This document shows, in pieces, positions 34,422 to 46,665 of a DNA stretch of 64,000 nucleotides. Positions within the stretch are counted from its first letter, which is position 1. Every line of letters begins with the position of its first letter. This DNA is from Negaprion brevirostris. Its lineage: Eukaryota. Location of the stretch: NCBI GenBank assembly GCA_030324005.1, contig JARDVH010000025.1, positions 45,099,029 through 45,163,028 on the forward strand, in the 5' to 3' direction. The notes under the pieces were generated by a model, which was not told the DNA's origin, searched no databases, and worked only from the letters and a program-made list of their open reading frames with translations. Made by a program: the position numbers and the translations under genes.

Positions 34422-34732
34422 TGAAAACAGTGTTGATAATTGCACCAGTGTTAGCTGCACCAAATTATGCCGAACAGTTCAAACTGGTGTGGATGCAATT
34501 GACATTGATGGGAGTTGTGTTGTTACAGGAAGATGAATTTGGAATTGAGAAATCAACAGAATTATTCTTCAATTGAAAAAGAAACCTTAAGTTTGGTATA
34601 GGAATTACAACATTTTGAAATATATGTTGCCAGTAAATAGCAGAAATAATTACATATACAGACCATAATCCCCCAAACTTTCTGGAGAGGTGTTGACATT
34701 AGAACACCAGGTTATTTAGATGGAGATTGTTA

Positions 34733-35056
34733 CTGAGTCTCATTGTGAGTCTGAGTCTGGGAGTGACTCTGAGTGTGATAGCACATACAGGGATGAATCT
34801 GGGCATGGCAGTGAGTCAGAATGAACCTGAGAGTGAGTCTGACAGTGAATCTGAGTCTTAGTAACTCTGGGAATGAATCTAAGTCTAAGAGTGAAGAAAA
34901 GTCTGGGAGTAAACCTGAGAATGAGTCTGGATCTGAGAGTCAGTCTGGGATTGAACCAGAATCTGAGACTGAACTGGAGTCTGAGAGTGAATCTCAGTCT
35001 GGGAGTGGGTCTGAGAGTGAATCTCAGTCTGGGAGTGAGTCTGAGAGTGAATCTCA
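34733..35056 (+). repeat. Degenerate (GAGTCT)n array, block 3, with a 30-bp higher-order unit, running into a gap
   Basis: GTCTGAGAGTGAATCTCAGTCTGGGAGTG(G/A) repeated about 2.5 times at 34979-35056. Confidence 0.85.
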
Positions 35057-35649
35057 NNNNNNNNNNNNNNNNNNNNNNNNNNNNNNNNNNNNNNNNNNNN
35101 NNNNNNNNNNNNNNNNNNNNNNNNNNNNNNNNNNNNNNNNNNNNNNNNNNNNNNNNNNNNNNNNNNNNNNNNNNNNNNNNNNNNNNNNNNNNNNNNNNNN
35201 NNNNNNNNNNNNNNNNNNNNNNNNNNNNNNNNNNNNNNNNNNNNNNNNNNNNNNNNNNNNNNNNNNNNNNNNNNNNNNNNNNNNNNNNNNNNNNNNNNNN
35301 NNNNNNNNNNNNNNNNNNNNNNNNNNNNNNNNNNNNNNNNNNNNNNNNNNNNNNNNNNNNNNNNNNNNNNNNNNNNNNNNNNNNNNNNNNNNNNNNNNNN
35401 NNNNNNNNNNNNNNNNNNNNNNNNNNNNNNNNNNNNNNNNNNNNNNNNNNNNNNNNNNNNNNNNNNNNNNNNNNNNNNNNNNNNNNNNNNNNNNNNNNNN
35501 NNNNNNNNNNNNNNNNNNNNNNNNNNNNNNNNNNNNNNNNNNNNNNNNNNNNNNNNNNNNNNNNNNNNNNNNNNNNNNNNNNNNNNNNNNNNNNNNNNNN
35601 NNNNNNNNNNNNNNNNNNNNNNNNNNNNNNNNNNNNNNNNNNNNNNNNN

Positions 35650-37870
35650 CTCCAGTGAATATAATCCTAACCAACTCAATCTCTCCTTATACGTCAGTCC
35701 TGCCATCCCAGGTATCAGTCTGTTAACTGTTCTCTGCACTCCCTCCAGAGCAAGAACATCCTTCCACAGATAAGGAGACCAAACTTTGGGGTACAGAATA
35801 TTCCAGGTGTGGTCTCACCATAACCCTGTATAATTGGAGCAAGACATATCTGGCCCTGTATTTAAAGCCTCTCAATATGAAGGTCAACACTCCATTTGCC
35901 TTCTTTACCACCTGCATGCTTACCTTCAGCTACTGGTATACAAGGACACACAAATCTCATTACACATTCCCCTCAGTTATTTTGTAGCCATTCAGATAAT
36001 AATCTGCCTTCCTGTTTTTGCTACCAAAATGGATAACATTACATTCATCCACATTATGCATTTTCCCATTCACTCAGCTTGTCCAAATTACACTGAAACT
36101 TCTCTGCATCCTCACACAGCTCACCCTGTCACCCAGTTTTGTGTCATCTACAAATTTGGAGATATTACATTTTGTTCACTCATCTAAATCATTAATATAT
36201 ATCGAGATAGCTGGGGTCCCACCAACGATCCTTGTGGCAACCAACTAGTCACTGCCTGCCATTTGGAAAAATACTTCTTGTTTCCTGTCTGTCAACCATT
36301 TTCTATCCATCTCAACACACTACCCCAAACCCCATGCACTTTAATTTTATGGGACTTTGTCAAAAGCCTTCTACAAGTCCAAATAAACCACATCCATTGG
36401 CTCCCCCTCATCAACAGTACTAGTTACATCCTCAAAGAATTCTAGAAGATTTGCCAAGACTGATTTCCATTTTGTAAATCCTTGCTGACTCTATCTGATT
36501 TTTCCAGATGCTGTGCTATAAAATCTTTGATAACTAACTGTAGAATTTTCCCCAATACCAATGTGATGCTGACTGATCTGTAATTCTCTGCTTTCTCTCT
36601 ATGTCCCTTTTCTAAATGGGGTGGGGGGGGGCTGCATTAGCTACCCTTAAATCTGTAGGAACTGAACATAACAACACAAGAAATAGAAGCAGGAGTAAGC
36701 CACCCTGCCCTTCAAGCCTGCCCTACCATTCAATATGATCACAGTTGATTTATGCCAGCCTCAGCTCCTTTTCTGTGCCATTTCCCCATCGCCCGCTATT
36801 TCTCAATCTATCAAATATTTATTCACCTCTATTTTAAATACTTCTTATCATCCAGTCTCCACTATTCACTACAGAGAATATGCTACATCTACAAGTTCCC
36901 CTCTGTCAGTTCTCCTTGTTGCATCCTCAAAGGATTTGAGCAAATTTGTCAAACATGATTTATCTTTCATAAGACCATGTTGACTAAGCTTGATTATATT
37001 CAGCTTTCCTAAATGATTAGTTATTTCCTCTTTGATTATTGATGGAGCATCTTGCCAATAATAGATGTTAAACTAACTGGCCGATAGCACACTGCCTTCT
37101 GTCTTTTTCCTCTTATAAACAAGAGCATCACATTGGCTGTTTTCCAATTTCTGGTACCATCCCAGAGTTTAGCAAGTTATGAAAAATTTCAACCAATGGG
37201 TCCACTATCTTTGCAGCTACTTCCACTAAAACCCTGGCATCCCGGTTTCTATAGATTCTTGAAAGATGATCATCCATGCATCCACTATTTTTAGGGCCAC
37301 TTCCTTAAGTACTCTAGGATATAGATTATCAGGTCCTGAAGATTGACCTTCAATCCCATCAATTTCTCCAACACCATTTTTCTACCAATACTGATTTCCT
37401 TTAGTTTTTAATAAGGCCCTGTGTTACCCAACATTTCTGGTATCTTATTTGTGTCCTTCTTTGTGAAGACAGAAAAAGGAGGTATTTAGTTGGTCAGCCA
37501 TTTCTTTGTTCCCCATTATAAATTCCCCTTTTTCTGACTGTACTTGTCTTTGCCAATCTTGTTCTCTTCACGTACCTATAGAAACTTTTACAGACAATTT
37601 TTATGTTATCTGCAAGCATGCACTTGTACTCTATTTTCCCCTTCTTAATCAATCCCTTGGTCTTCCTTTGTTGAATTCTAAATTGCTCCCAATCCTTAGG
37701 TCTGTTGTTTTTTTTTTCTGGCCAATTTGTATGCTTTTTCCTAGAATTTATTACCATCCCTAATTTCTCTTGTAAGCATAGTTGGGCCACTTTTCCTGTT
37801 TACTTTTGTGCTAGACAAGAATGAACAATTGTTGCAGTTAACCTGTGTACTCTTTGAATGTTTGCCATTG
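35650..37870 (-). mobile_element. CR1/HER1 ORF2, long decayed fragment or fragments
   Basis: LLQLYRVMVRPHLEY, RLIPGMAGLTYKERL, KSFYRYVKR; interrupted by another CR1 tail at ~36665-36870. Confidence 0.85.
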
Positions 37871-38004
37871 CCTCTCCCCTGTCAAATTTTTCATTACAAT
37901 CATGGCTGATCATCCAACTCAATAGCCTAATCCTGTTTTTTCCCCATAACCTTTGATCCCATTGTATATTAATGATTTGGATGAGAGACAAAATGTAATG
38001 TCCT

Positions 38005-38858
38005 AAAGCTTGCAGATGATACCAAGTTGGGTGGGAGGGTGGACTATGATGGCAGTGTAGAGATCCTTCAGAATGATCTGGACAGGTTGGGTGAGGAGGC
38101 AAATCAATGGCAGATGCAGAGTAATTTTGATAAGTGTGAGGTTATTCACTTTGGAAGCGGAACCAAAAAGGCAGNNNNNNNNNNAGCATGCAGGTGCAGC
38201 AGGCAGTAAAGAAGGCAAAAGGCATGGCGGCCTTCATTTGTGAGAGGTTTTGAGTATAGGAGCAGGGGTGTGTTGTTGGAATTATACAGGGCCATGGTGA
38301 GCCACACCTAGAGTACTGTGTGCAGTTTGAGTCTCCTTTTCTGAGGAAGGATGCTCTTGTTCTTAAGGGAGTGCAGTGGAGGTTTACCAGGCTGAGTCCA
38401 GAGATAGTAGGACTGATACATCAGGAGAGATTGACTAGGTTGGGATTGTTTTCACTGGAGTTCAGACAAATGATGGGGGAATCTCATAGACTTATAAAAT
38501 TCACACAGGACTAGACAAGACAGATGCAGGGAGAATGTTCCTGATGGAAGTCCAGAACCAGAGGTCACAGTCTGAGGATTCAGGGTGGACCATTTAGGAC
38601 GGAGGTGAGGAAACGTTTCTTCACCCAAAGAGTGGTAAGCCTGTGGAATTCATTACCACAGAAGTAGTTGATGCCAAAACATTGAACGTAGTCAAGAGGT
38701 GGCTGGATATATCACTTGGGGTGAATGGGATTAAAGGTTATGGAGGAAAAGCAGGATTAGGCTATTGAGTTGGATGATCTTAATGAATAGCAGAGTGGGC
38801 TCAAAGGACCAAATGGCCTCCATCTGCTCTTAACTTCTATGTTTCTATGTTTCTATGT
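38005..38858 (+). mobile_element. CR1/HER1 RT C-terminus and tail
   Basis: LADDTKLGG, LQNDLDRL, DKCEVIHFG, RFTRL, FFTQRVVSLWNSLP; (TTTCTATG)n terminus. Confidence 0.9.
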
Positions 38859-38899
38859 TATTCCTCTAAGTAACATTTCTCAATCGATCATAGTCAACC

Positions 38900-39470
38900 T
38901 GCTCCTTGTACTTTCATAATTTCCTGCCACCATGTTGCACTTCATAACTTCTGGCAGATCCCTTTAGATGAAGAATCTTCTAAACTTACAACATTCATGT
39001 TTCTGGAAGGCAGACATTTTTTTCATATGACTGACGGGATCTCCAATAACAACAAGGTCTTCCAGCAGTGAATGGAGCAACACTTCACAGGACAACCTTG
39101 CAAAATCATTGTTGATGACATCCTGGTTTAGGGTTGTACTATGCAAGGACATGCATGACTTCACCTTGTCCTTGACAGCAATTGAGACAATACAGCTGAA
39201 GTTTAACCCTACAAAATACAGGTATAGGGTCATTATATGTATCATCTGCTCAGCATGAACCAGATGAGATAATGGTTCGACAATGGATGGCTATTCCTGT
39301 GGACATGCAAGCTCTGTAGCATTTTCAGCAGATACCTTCCAGCACAGACTTTGCACAGTCTGCATCCAGAGTGGCAGACCAACAGCCTTTGCATCAAGGG
39401 CACTCACCAACACTGAAACTCATTATGCACACATTCAAAAGAAATTATTTGCTTTAGTCTTTGACTGTTA
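38900..39470 (+). mobile_element. Fragment of a second Gypsy element (RT-RNase H), heavily deleted
   Basis: FWQIPLDEESSKLTTF, IIVDDILV, GRPTAFASRALTNTETHYAHIQKKL. Confidence 0.75.
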
Positions 39471-39799
39471 GAAACTTGAGACCAGGCCACGGAGCTGGGT
39501 GTAGGGTGGGGGGGGGGGGGGCCGTGGTAGGTGGAGGACATNNNNNNNNNNNNNNNNNNNNNNNNNNNNNNNNNNNNNNNNNNNNNNNNNNNNNNNNNNN
39601 NNNNNNNNNNNNNNNNNNNNNNNNNNNNNNNNNNNNNNNNNNNNNNNNNNNNNNNNNNNNNNNNNNNNNNNNNNNNNNNNNNNNNNNNNNNNNNNNNNNN
39701 NNNNNNNNNNNNNNNNNNNNNNNNNNNNNNNNNNNNNNNNNNNNNNNNNNNNNNNNNNNNNNNNNNNNNNNNNNNNNNNNNNNNNNNNNNNNNNNNNNA

Positions 39800-39900
39800 G
39801 GGTAGGCGGTTTTAGTTAAGGCGGGCAGCACAGTCAGTGCAGGCTTGAAGGGCCGAAGATCCTGTTCCTGTGCTGTAATTTTCTTTGTTCTTTGTTCTTT
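39800..39900 (+). mobile_element. CR1 3' tail
   Basis: GCAGGCTTGAAGGGCCGAAG..CCTGTTCCTGTGCTG (TTCTTTG)n. Confidence 0.75.
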
Positions 39901-40589
39901 GTAGATGGACTGGCCCAAGGGAGTGGGAAAGGTGGTGGGGTGGGGATCAGAGTCAGATGGAAGGGGGAGGGCTGAGAGAGAGGGGGTCTGAGATATGGTC
40001 AGACCAGGTCATGAGTGGGAAGGAAGGCTGGGCTGGGGGAGGGAGTATTGGACTGGGCCAGGAGGGTAGGCATAGGGTCAGTCAGAGTGGGCAAGGATGG
40101 GGAGAGGGGCCGGAGCATGTCTGGTGGATCTGTCAGATGGTGTGAGGCTCAGTCTGAGTTCTTTAAATAGTTACTCTGGTGTTAAAAGTCTTTTTTTCCC
40201 TTCTATTTTTTTTCAAAATAAATATCAGAGTAAAACTGGTAAATTGCTTCTGTTGGATCTTACCCAGTCCAGTGCAATTGTTCAGGGGAAGTTAGCACTT
40301 CTGTGTAATTGTCTGGTAAACACTCAGGGGGGAACTTCCTCGAGAAATCGTCCAGTGCCTCATTGGGTTAACCCCCAAATCCCATGCTGGAGAACCAGGA
40401 AGTTACGGGCTCAGTAGCATGAGACATATTTTGTACCCTGACTTATTCTTAATATCTGTGAACATTTGTGAAGATGAGTGACAGTGAAGGCGCATTGGAT
40501 AAGTCAAATTTTCATGTTTAATAATTTTTTTTGTTGTGGAAAGCTAATTGATAGCCCTGTGACTGTTCATCCACGTTTTCTAAAAATAA

Positions 40590-40706
40590 ATACTTGGCAT
40601 TTTACGGCCTCGAGCCCGGGAATTCCCGCGCGAGGTCAATGGAGATTTCCATAGTCGGACCCTGGTCCGCTCCAATTCCGTGGCGGGCGAAGTGGTAGAG
40701 CTCCTG
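40590..40706. repeat. Short GC-rich MITE-like repeat
   Basis: ATTTTACGGCCTCG ... GGCGAAGTGGTAGAG imperfect inverted ends; CpG-rich. Confidence 0.4.
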
Positions 40707-43049
40707 TCTTTTCAGCCAGGGTTCCATTCTGGGAGTAATAACATCAACTGGGATTATAATGTGATGAATCTGAGAGTGTATCTGTGCCTGGGTTCAGTCG
40801 CAGGGGTGGGGTGCAGGAGAGGGCGTGGGTCCGGGTCTGGGACGGACCCCTGTAGTGAGTCTGATAGTGAATCATGGTATGAACAACAGACACTAAAAAG
40901 TCGGCAGGAGGTGGATCGGACCTGCAACCATATCCGAGTCTGAATTCGAAAACCAAAGCTGGAGCAGCGATTAATGACTTTATTCCAGTGGGATATTTCT
41001 GCTAACGGACGCGTGTGCCAATTCCATACTGCTCTGGACTGTCAGTACTTACTGAGCCTGTCCTCAGTGGCAGTTTAATGCGAGGGTGGCATTGTGTTGG
41101 TTGCAGGTTAGAGGGAGAATGGCTGAAGCGCCATTAGTCCAATGTACAGTAAATATACTCGGTTCCTACATCAATAGATAATGTACTGATGTGGAAAGTG
41201 AAGGTGTATGGGCCAAATGACACTGTTCTGGAATTGCACCCGGCCCCATTTGCGGTCACTTGTCCAACACAGGCGGTATCACATGTATCGTTTTACAGGT
41301 GTTGTATGGCGGTGTTTCAAGCAATGAAAAGCGAAGTGGACGTTGTCCTTACAGCGGCTGGACTGATGCTGGTACACTGAATAAAGTTTCTTTCGGAAAT
41401 CTTCACTTCATTTCTTTGTGTGTGTGGGTGGTGAGGGGGGGGGGGGGGCGGGGGGGGGGGCGCNNNNNNNNNNNNNNNNATAAGTGTGAGGCCAAACCTC
41501 ACACTTTGAAATACTATTGAATCAATTATAATCTGGATCCATGTGAGAAAGAATAATATAATATATTAGGTGCGTGTTTTATTTGTGTGAGCATTTGTAT
41601 TCCCTCCTATCAAACTTTCCATGTGTGTTTTGCCCATATTTTTATATAGATGTGTGCTGTGTGCAAGCTTGCATACTGCCCATATGTGTGTTTGTCTTGA
41701 GTATTTGAGATCTAAGTGCCAATGTATGCATACGGATGTGACAGGGACACGTGCAGTCTCTTCTGAGATGCCGTTCCCCGGGCTCGCTGGACGTGCTAAA
41801 GCTGTTCCAGAGTGTGGAGCTTACTCTCTGGAAGAGCAGGTTGCGAGGCGTTCCAGCCAGTGCGGTTTGAGAGGCAGACTTCGCTGTGTTTGCTCCAGCT
41901 CAGCCCCTGAGCAGCTGTTCAAATACAAGAGCTGCTAACTGTGACGTGACGGGGGTTTTAAAAGGGCCCCAAACCTTTGAACTGCACAAAGATCTGTGAT
42001 GTAGCCTTCTCTCCGATGCAGGAAGTTTCTCAGCTGGTTTATTTAAGAGCCTTCTGCCCTCCCTCTGAACACATCCGCAGGCAATTGAAAGTGAACAGAG
42101 AAATCAGAAAGATGATGATCTCCTCCGGCAACCGTTTAGCTGGTTTTGATCATCTCTGAAATTAATGCATTCGCTTTATTTCTGCTCATTCCTCGATTGA
42201 AGAATTGCAGATTACATTTGTGGTTAGTATTGTTTAGCACCTTATGTGGGTACTGGAACACAACGAGAAACTTGTATCTGTATGCATTATCCTTTTTTAT
42301 CGTTAGCTTACATGGTTCAATCTTGCCAGCCGTATATCGATATAATCTAAACATATATTACACATCTATTCACTGCAGTGTATAACAGTTATAAAAAAAG
42401 AACGGTCTCATACTGGCTTCGCTTGGGCTGTCCAAATCTTAAAATGGCCAGCACCACTGAGACATTTACTTTCGACACATTTGTTTGACACCTTTTAATA
42501 AACTTTACGTTTTTTTCTGCCCACATATTCATCTCTATCCGCCCATTTATCTGTGGGTCTGTAGCTGCCTCTTGTGATGTTTGACAGACGCTTGCTTTGG
42601 GAACAGTATTTGCAGTCTAGTCACTTTCACTTACATCACACAGATAATTTCCAAGACTGAACCGGAAGTGTTCAACCCGATTCCTATTTGTTCCAGATTT
42701 GCACCAACTGTGAGTCCCAGCAATAACGGACCGGGACATTTTCATGTCGCTCCCACGTCTAGCCCAACCAGCAGTTGGATTGCTGCTCCAGGAGTTTTCT
42801 ATCTATTGCATAGGCCTGCGACATCCGCCTTATTCATTCATCAATACAAGCACAAGTTACTCCAATGTCTCACTCCCTCACTATCTAATGAAATGCCAAA
42901 CTGAAGAAGAGCGAATTAAGAGTGTTTATTAAATCTAACACTGAGCTGGCAACTTTGCATTTTATCCTGCCGTTGTTATTATTTTGAATGGCTATCCACT
43001 TTAACCCATTTAACTCTGCACAGGATTTGACATAATTGTTCTTAAATTG

Positions 43050-46000
43050 GCATAGGCAGGAGCTTCTGTGGCCGCAAACCAGACTCCAGGATGGCATCTT
43101 GCCTCCCTGGTGCCAGGGTCCTGGGTGTCTCTGAGTGGGTACAGGGCATCCTGAAATGGGAGGGTAAACAGACAGACATCATATGTCCACACTGGTACTA
43201 ATGACATAGACAGGAAGAAGGAAGAGGTCCTGCAAAGACAATTCAGTGAGTTAGGTTGGGAGCTAAAAAGCAGGATCTCTAGGGCACTAATCTCAGGATT
43301 ACTCTCCATGCCACATGCTTGGGACAGGAGGATAGTACAGTTGAACACATGGCTAAAGGGCTGGTGTAAGAGGGAGGACTTTAGATATATGGATCACTGG
43401 GATGTCTTCTGGAGAAGGTGGGACATGTACAAGAAGGACAGGTTGCACCTGAACTGGAGGAGCACCAATATCCTGGGTAGGAGATTTGCTAGTGCTGTTC
43501 GGTAATATTTGAACTACTGTGTCAGGGTGCTGGGAACTGGAACAGCAGGCCAGTAAATGTAGAGACTGAGGAAAAAAGTGAGTCTGAGATAAGCATAGTG
43601 CAGGCTAAGAGCCGGCGAAGGAAAACTGTATGGCTCAGTAGAACTGAAGATCTGGAGTGTGTTTGCTTCAATGCAACAAGTATAACAGGTAAAACAAATG
43701 AACTGAGAGCCTGGATTAGTGCATGGAATTATGTTATAATTGCAATTACAGTGACATGGTTAAAGAAGGGACAGGATTGGCAGCTTAATTTTCTGGGATA
43801 TCATTGTTTTAGATGGACAGAAGGGGAAACAAAAGGGGTGGGGAAGTTTCATTGCTGTTTGGGGAGCCACTTACAGCTGTGTTGCAGGAGGATACATGGG
43901 ACAAAGAACAAGGAAATTTAAGCACAGGCACAGGCCCTTTGGTCTTCCAAGCCTCCAGCAACCGTGCTACCAGATGGAACTAAAACCCCCTATCCTTCGG
44001 CGACCATATCCCTCTATTCCCATTCTATTCATGCATTTGTCCAGACACCCCTCAAAAGTCACTATTGTATCCATTTCCACCACCTCCCCTGGCAGCGAGT
44101 TCCAGGCACTCACCCGGCTCTGTGTAAAAAAGCTTGGAATGGAGCTCAGGGTGGAGTTCAGGAATAAAAAGGGTGGGATCAGAATGTTGGGAGTGTACTA
44201 TAGACCTCCCAACAACCTGCAGGAGACAGAGAAGCAGTTGTGTAACTAGGTACTGAAAAGGTGTGAAAAAAGCAAGGTAGATGTGATGCATGACTTTAAC
44301 TTCCTCCATATTGACTGGGAAACCCTTACAGCCAAGAGCTTGGATGGGGATCAATTTGTTTGATATATCCAGGAGGGCTTTTTGATACAGTATGCATCAA
44401 GGAGGGGGCCATATTAGACTTGGCATTGGGGAATGAACCAGGCAAGGTGATTGATGTTTCAGTGGCAGCATTTTGAGTTTAGCGACCATAAGTCATCATG
44501 GATAATCATAAGACTGGCCCTTGGATGAGGGTGCTTAATTGGGTGAGGACCATTTACATCCAAATTAGACACGAATGGGGAATGTGGATTGGGAGCGGCT
44601 ATTTGAGATCAAATCCATGTCTGACATGTGGAAGTCTTTTAAAGGCCAGTTGATTGAAGTGCAGGACAGGCATGTCCCTGCAAAAATGAAGAATAGATAT
44701 GGCAGGATTCAGGAACCATGAATGACAAGATAAATTGTATGCTTAGTCAAAAGGGAAAAGGTCTAGGCATCTAAAAACTGACAAATCCCTTGAGGAGTAC
44801 AGTGAAAGTAGGAACAAACTTAAATGTAGAATTAGGGGCACTAAAAGGAGCCATGAAATGTTTTTAGCAAACAGGGTCAAGGATAATCACAAGGCTTTTA
44901 ATGCATATACTAGGAGCAAGAGAGTAACAAGAGAAAGAGTAGGCCTACTCAAGGACAATGGAGGGAAGTTATTCGTGGAACTGCAGGAAGCGGGTGACAT
45001 CCTTAATGAGTACTTTGTATGGTATTTACCAAGGAGAAGGATATGATGGATGTTGAGGTCAGGCATAGGTTTGTGAACACTCTTGAGAATGTCAATATAT
45101 CAAAGGAGAAAGTGTTGTGTATACTAAATTGCATTAAAGTAGACAAGTCCTCCAGGGCTGGATGAGATTCGTCCCAGATTACTGCAAGGGGAGAAATAGC
45201 AGGGGTCTTCACATCCTCCTTGACTACAGGTGAGGTTCCAGAGGGCTGGAGGATAGCCAATGTTGTTCCCTTGGTTAAGAAAGGAAGGAGGGATAATCCA
45301 GCAAATTATATGTCATGAGCCTGACATCAGTGATGGGGAAGGTTTTGGAGAAGATGCTGAGGGACAGAATATATGCACATTTGGAAGAAATGGATATGTT
45401 AGTGACAGGCAGCATGGTTTTGTATGGGGAAGATCATGTCTCACCAGCTTGATTGCATTTTTTGAAGAGTTGACAAAGATCATTGATGAGGAAAGGGCTG
45501 TGGATGTAGTTCATACGGACTTTAGTATGGTGTTCAACAAGGTCCCATATGGCAAACTCTTACAAAAACTGAAGTCTCATGGGATTTGGGTGGGCTGGCT
45601 AGATGGATACAGAATTGGCTTGGTTATGGAAGACAGAGTGTAGCGGTGGAAGGACATTTTTCAGAGTGGAGATCTGTAGCTAGTGTAGCTACAATGTTAT
45701 GCAGGGATCAGTGCTGGGACCTCTGTTGTTTGTAGTATATATAAATGACCTGGAGGAAAATGTGGGTGGTCTGATTAGTAAGTTTGCAGATAACACAAAG
45801 ATTGGCAGAGTTGCTGATAATGCCAAGGATGGTCAGAGGATACAACAGGATATAGATGGGCACAGAAATGGCAGAGGAAGATTAATCAGGACAAATGTGA
45901 GGTGATGCATTTTGGAGAATAAAATTTAGGTATGAATTATACTGTAAATGGCAGAACTCTTAAGAACATTAACATAAAGAGGGATCTGCATGTGCAGGTC

Positions 46001-46665
46001 CACAGTTCCCTAAAGTGGCAACACAGGTGGCCAAGGTGATTAAGAAGGCACATGACATGCTTGCCTTCATCGGCTGGGGCATTGAGTACAAGAGTTGGGA
46101 AATCATGTTGCAGCTATATAAAATCTTGGTTCAGCCACGTTTGGAGTATTGTATGCCGTTCTGGTCACCACATAACCAGAGGGACTTNNNNNNNNNNNNN
46201 NNNNNNNNNNNNNNNNNNNNNNNNNNNNNNNNNNNNNNNNNNNNNNNNNNNNNNNNNNNNNNNNNNNNNNNNNNNNNNNNNNNNNNNNNNNNNNNNNNNN
46301 NNNNNNNNNNNNNNNNNNNNNNNNNNNNNNNNNNNNNNNNNNNNNNNNNNNNNNNNNNNNNNNNNNNNNNNNNNNNNNNNNNNNNNNNNNNNNNNNNNNN
46401 NNNNNNNNGGCAGGGAAGAGGTGGAATTTAAGGGAGATGTATGGTGGAAGCTTTTCACGCACAGAGGGGTGGGTGCCTGGAATGCACTGCCAGCGGAAGT
46501 GGTTCAAGGAGGCACATTAGCAACATTTAAGAGGGATCTGGATGGGTACATGAATAGGGAGGGAGTAAGGGCAGAAGGGTTTTTAAAAAATTTATTAGGG
46601 CATCATGATCGGCACGGGCTTGGAGGACTGAAGGGCCTGTTCCTGTGCTCTACTGTTCTTTGTTC
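43050..46665 (+). mobile_element. Near full-length decayed CR1 LINE: ORF1 SGNH-esterase C-terminus, ORF2 endonuclease and RT, 3' tail
   Basis: ORF1: CLPGAR, HTGTNDI, LNTWLKGWC, DRLHLN. Endonuclease: CFNATSI.GK..EL, IAITVTW, GVYYRPP, DFNF. RT: QHGFV.GRSCLT, DFS..FNKVP, QGSVLGPLLF, KFADNTK. (TGTTCTT)n tail. Confidence 0.92.
43900..44131 (-). mobile_element. CR1 3' tail nested in opposite orientation within the CR1 endonuclease region
   Basis: ACAAAGAACAAGGAAA..CAGGCCCTTTGG..CCTGGCAGCGAGTTCCAGGCAC..CTCTGTGTAAAAAA. Confidence 0.8.

Larger units (their letters stand above)
27727..34735 (+). mobile_element. Decayed Gypsy/Ty3 LTR retrotransposon, Gmr1-like (gag-PR-INT-RT-RH), with nested insertions
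   Basis: gag ~28300-28750 (PKFDENDV, KWPQDMW, LQSKLVG, YDAVRKAILSAYEL). PR-like ~29190-29460 (ILRYTGVSQSL). INT ~29760-30530 (AHEIPLGGHLG, FCQICHT, FEEPFTRVLID, MDISTRFPEA) with its C-terminus at 31890-32170 (RFSGLY...NYLV...HKNTLKRY). RT 32620-33320 (WSLPIVML.KP, RLCMDFR, YWQVPL, NTPATFQR). RH 34430-34735 (APVLAAPNY, YSSIEKETL, YTDHNP, RLFRWRLLL). Many stops and frameshifts. Confidence 0.85.

Noticed and set aside
34821-35056. Ser/Glu-rich 'ESES' reading frame resembling a repetitive protein exon
   Set aside because: Translation of the hexamer array; other blocks are interrupted by stops and TEs, and no gene structure is evident
34979-35056. Regular ~30-bp repeats that could suggest CRISPR
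   Set aside because: Tandem units without unique spacers, eukaryotic context, no cas genes
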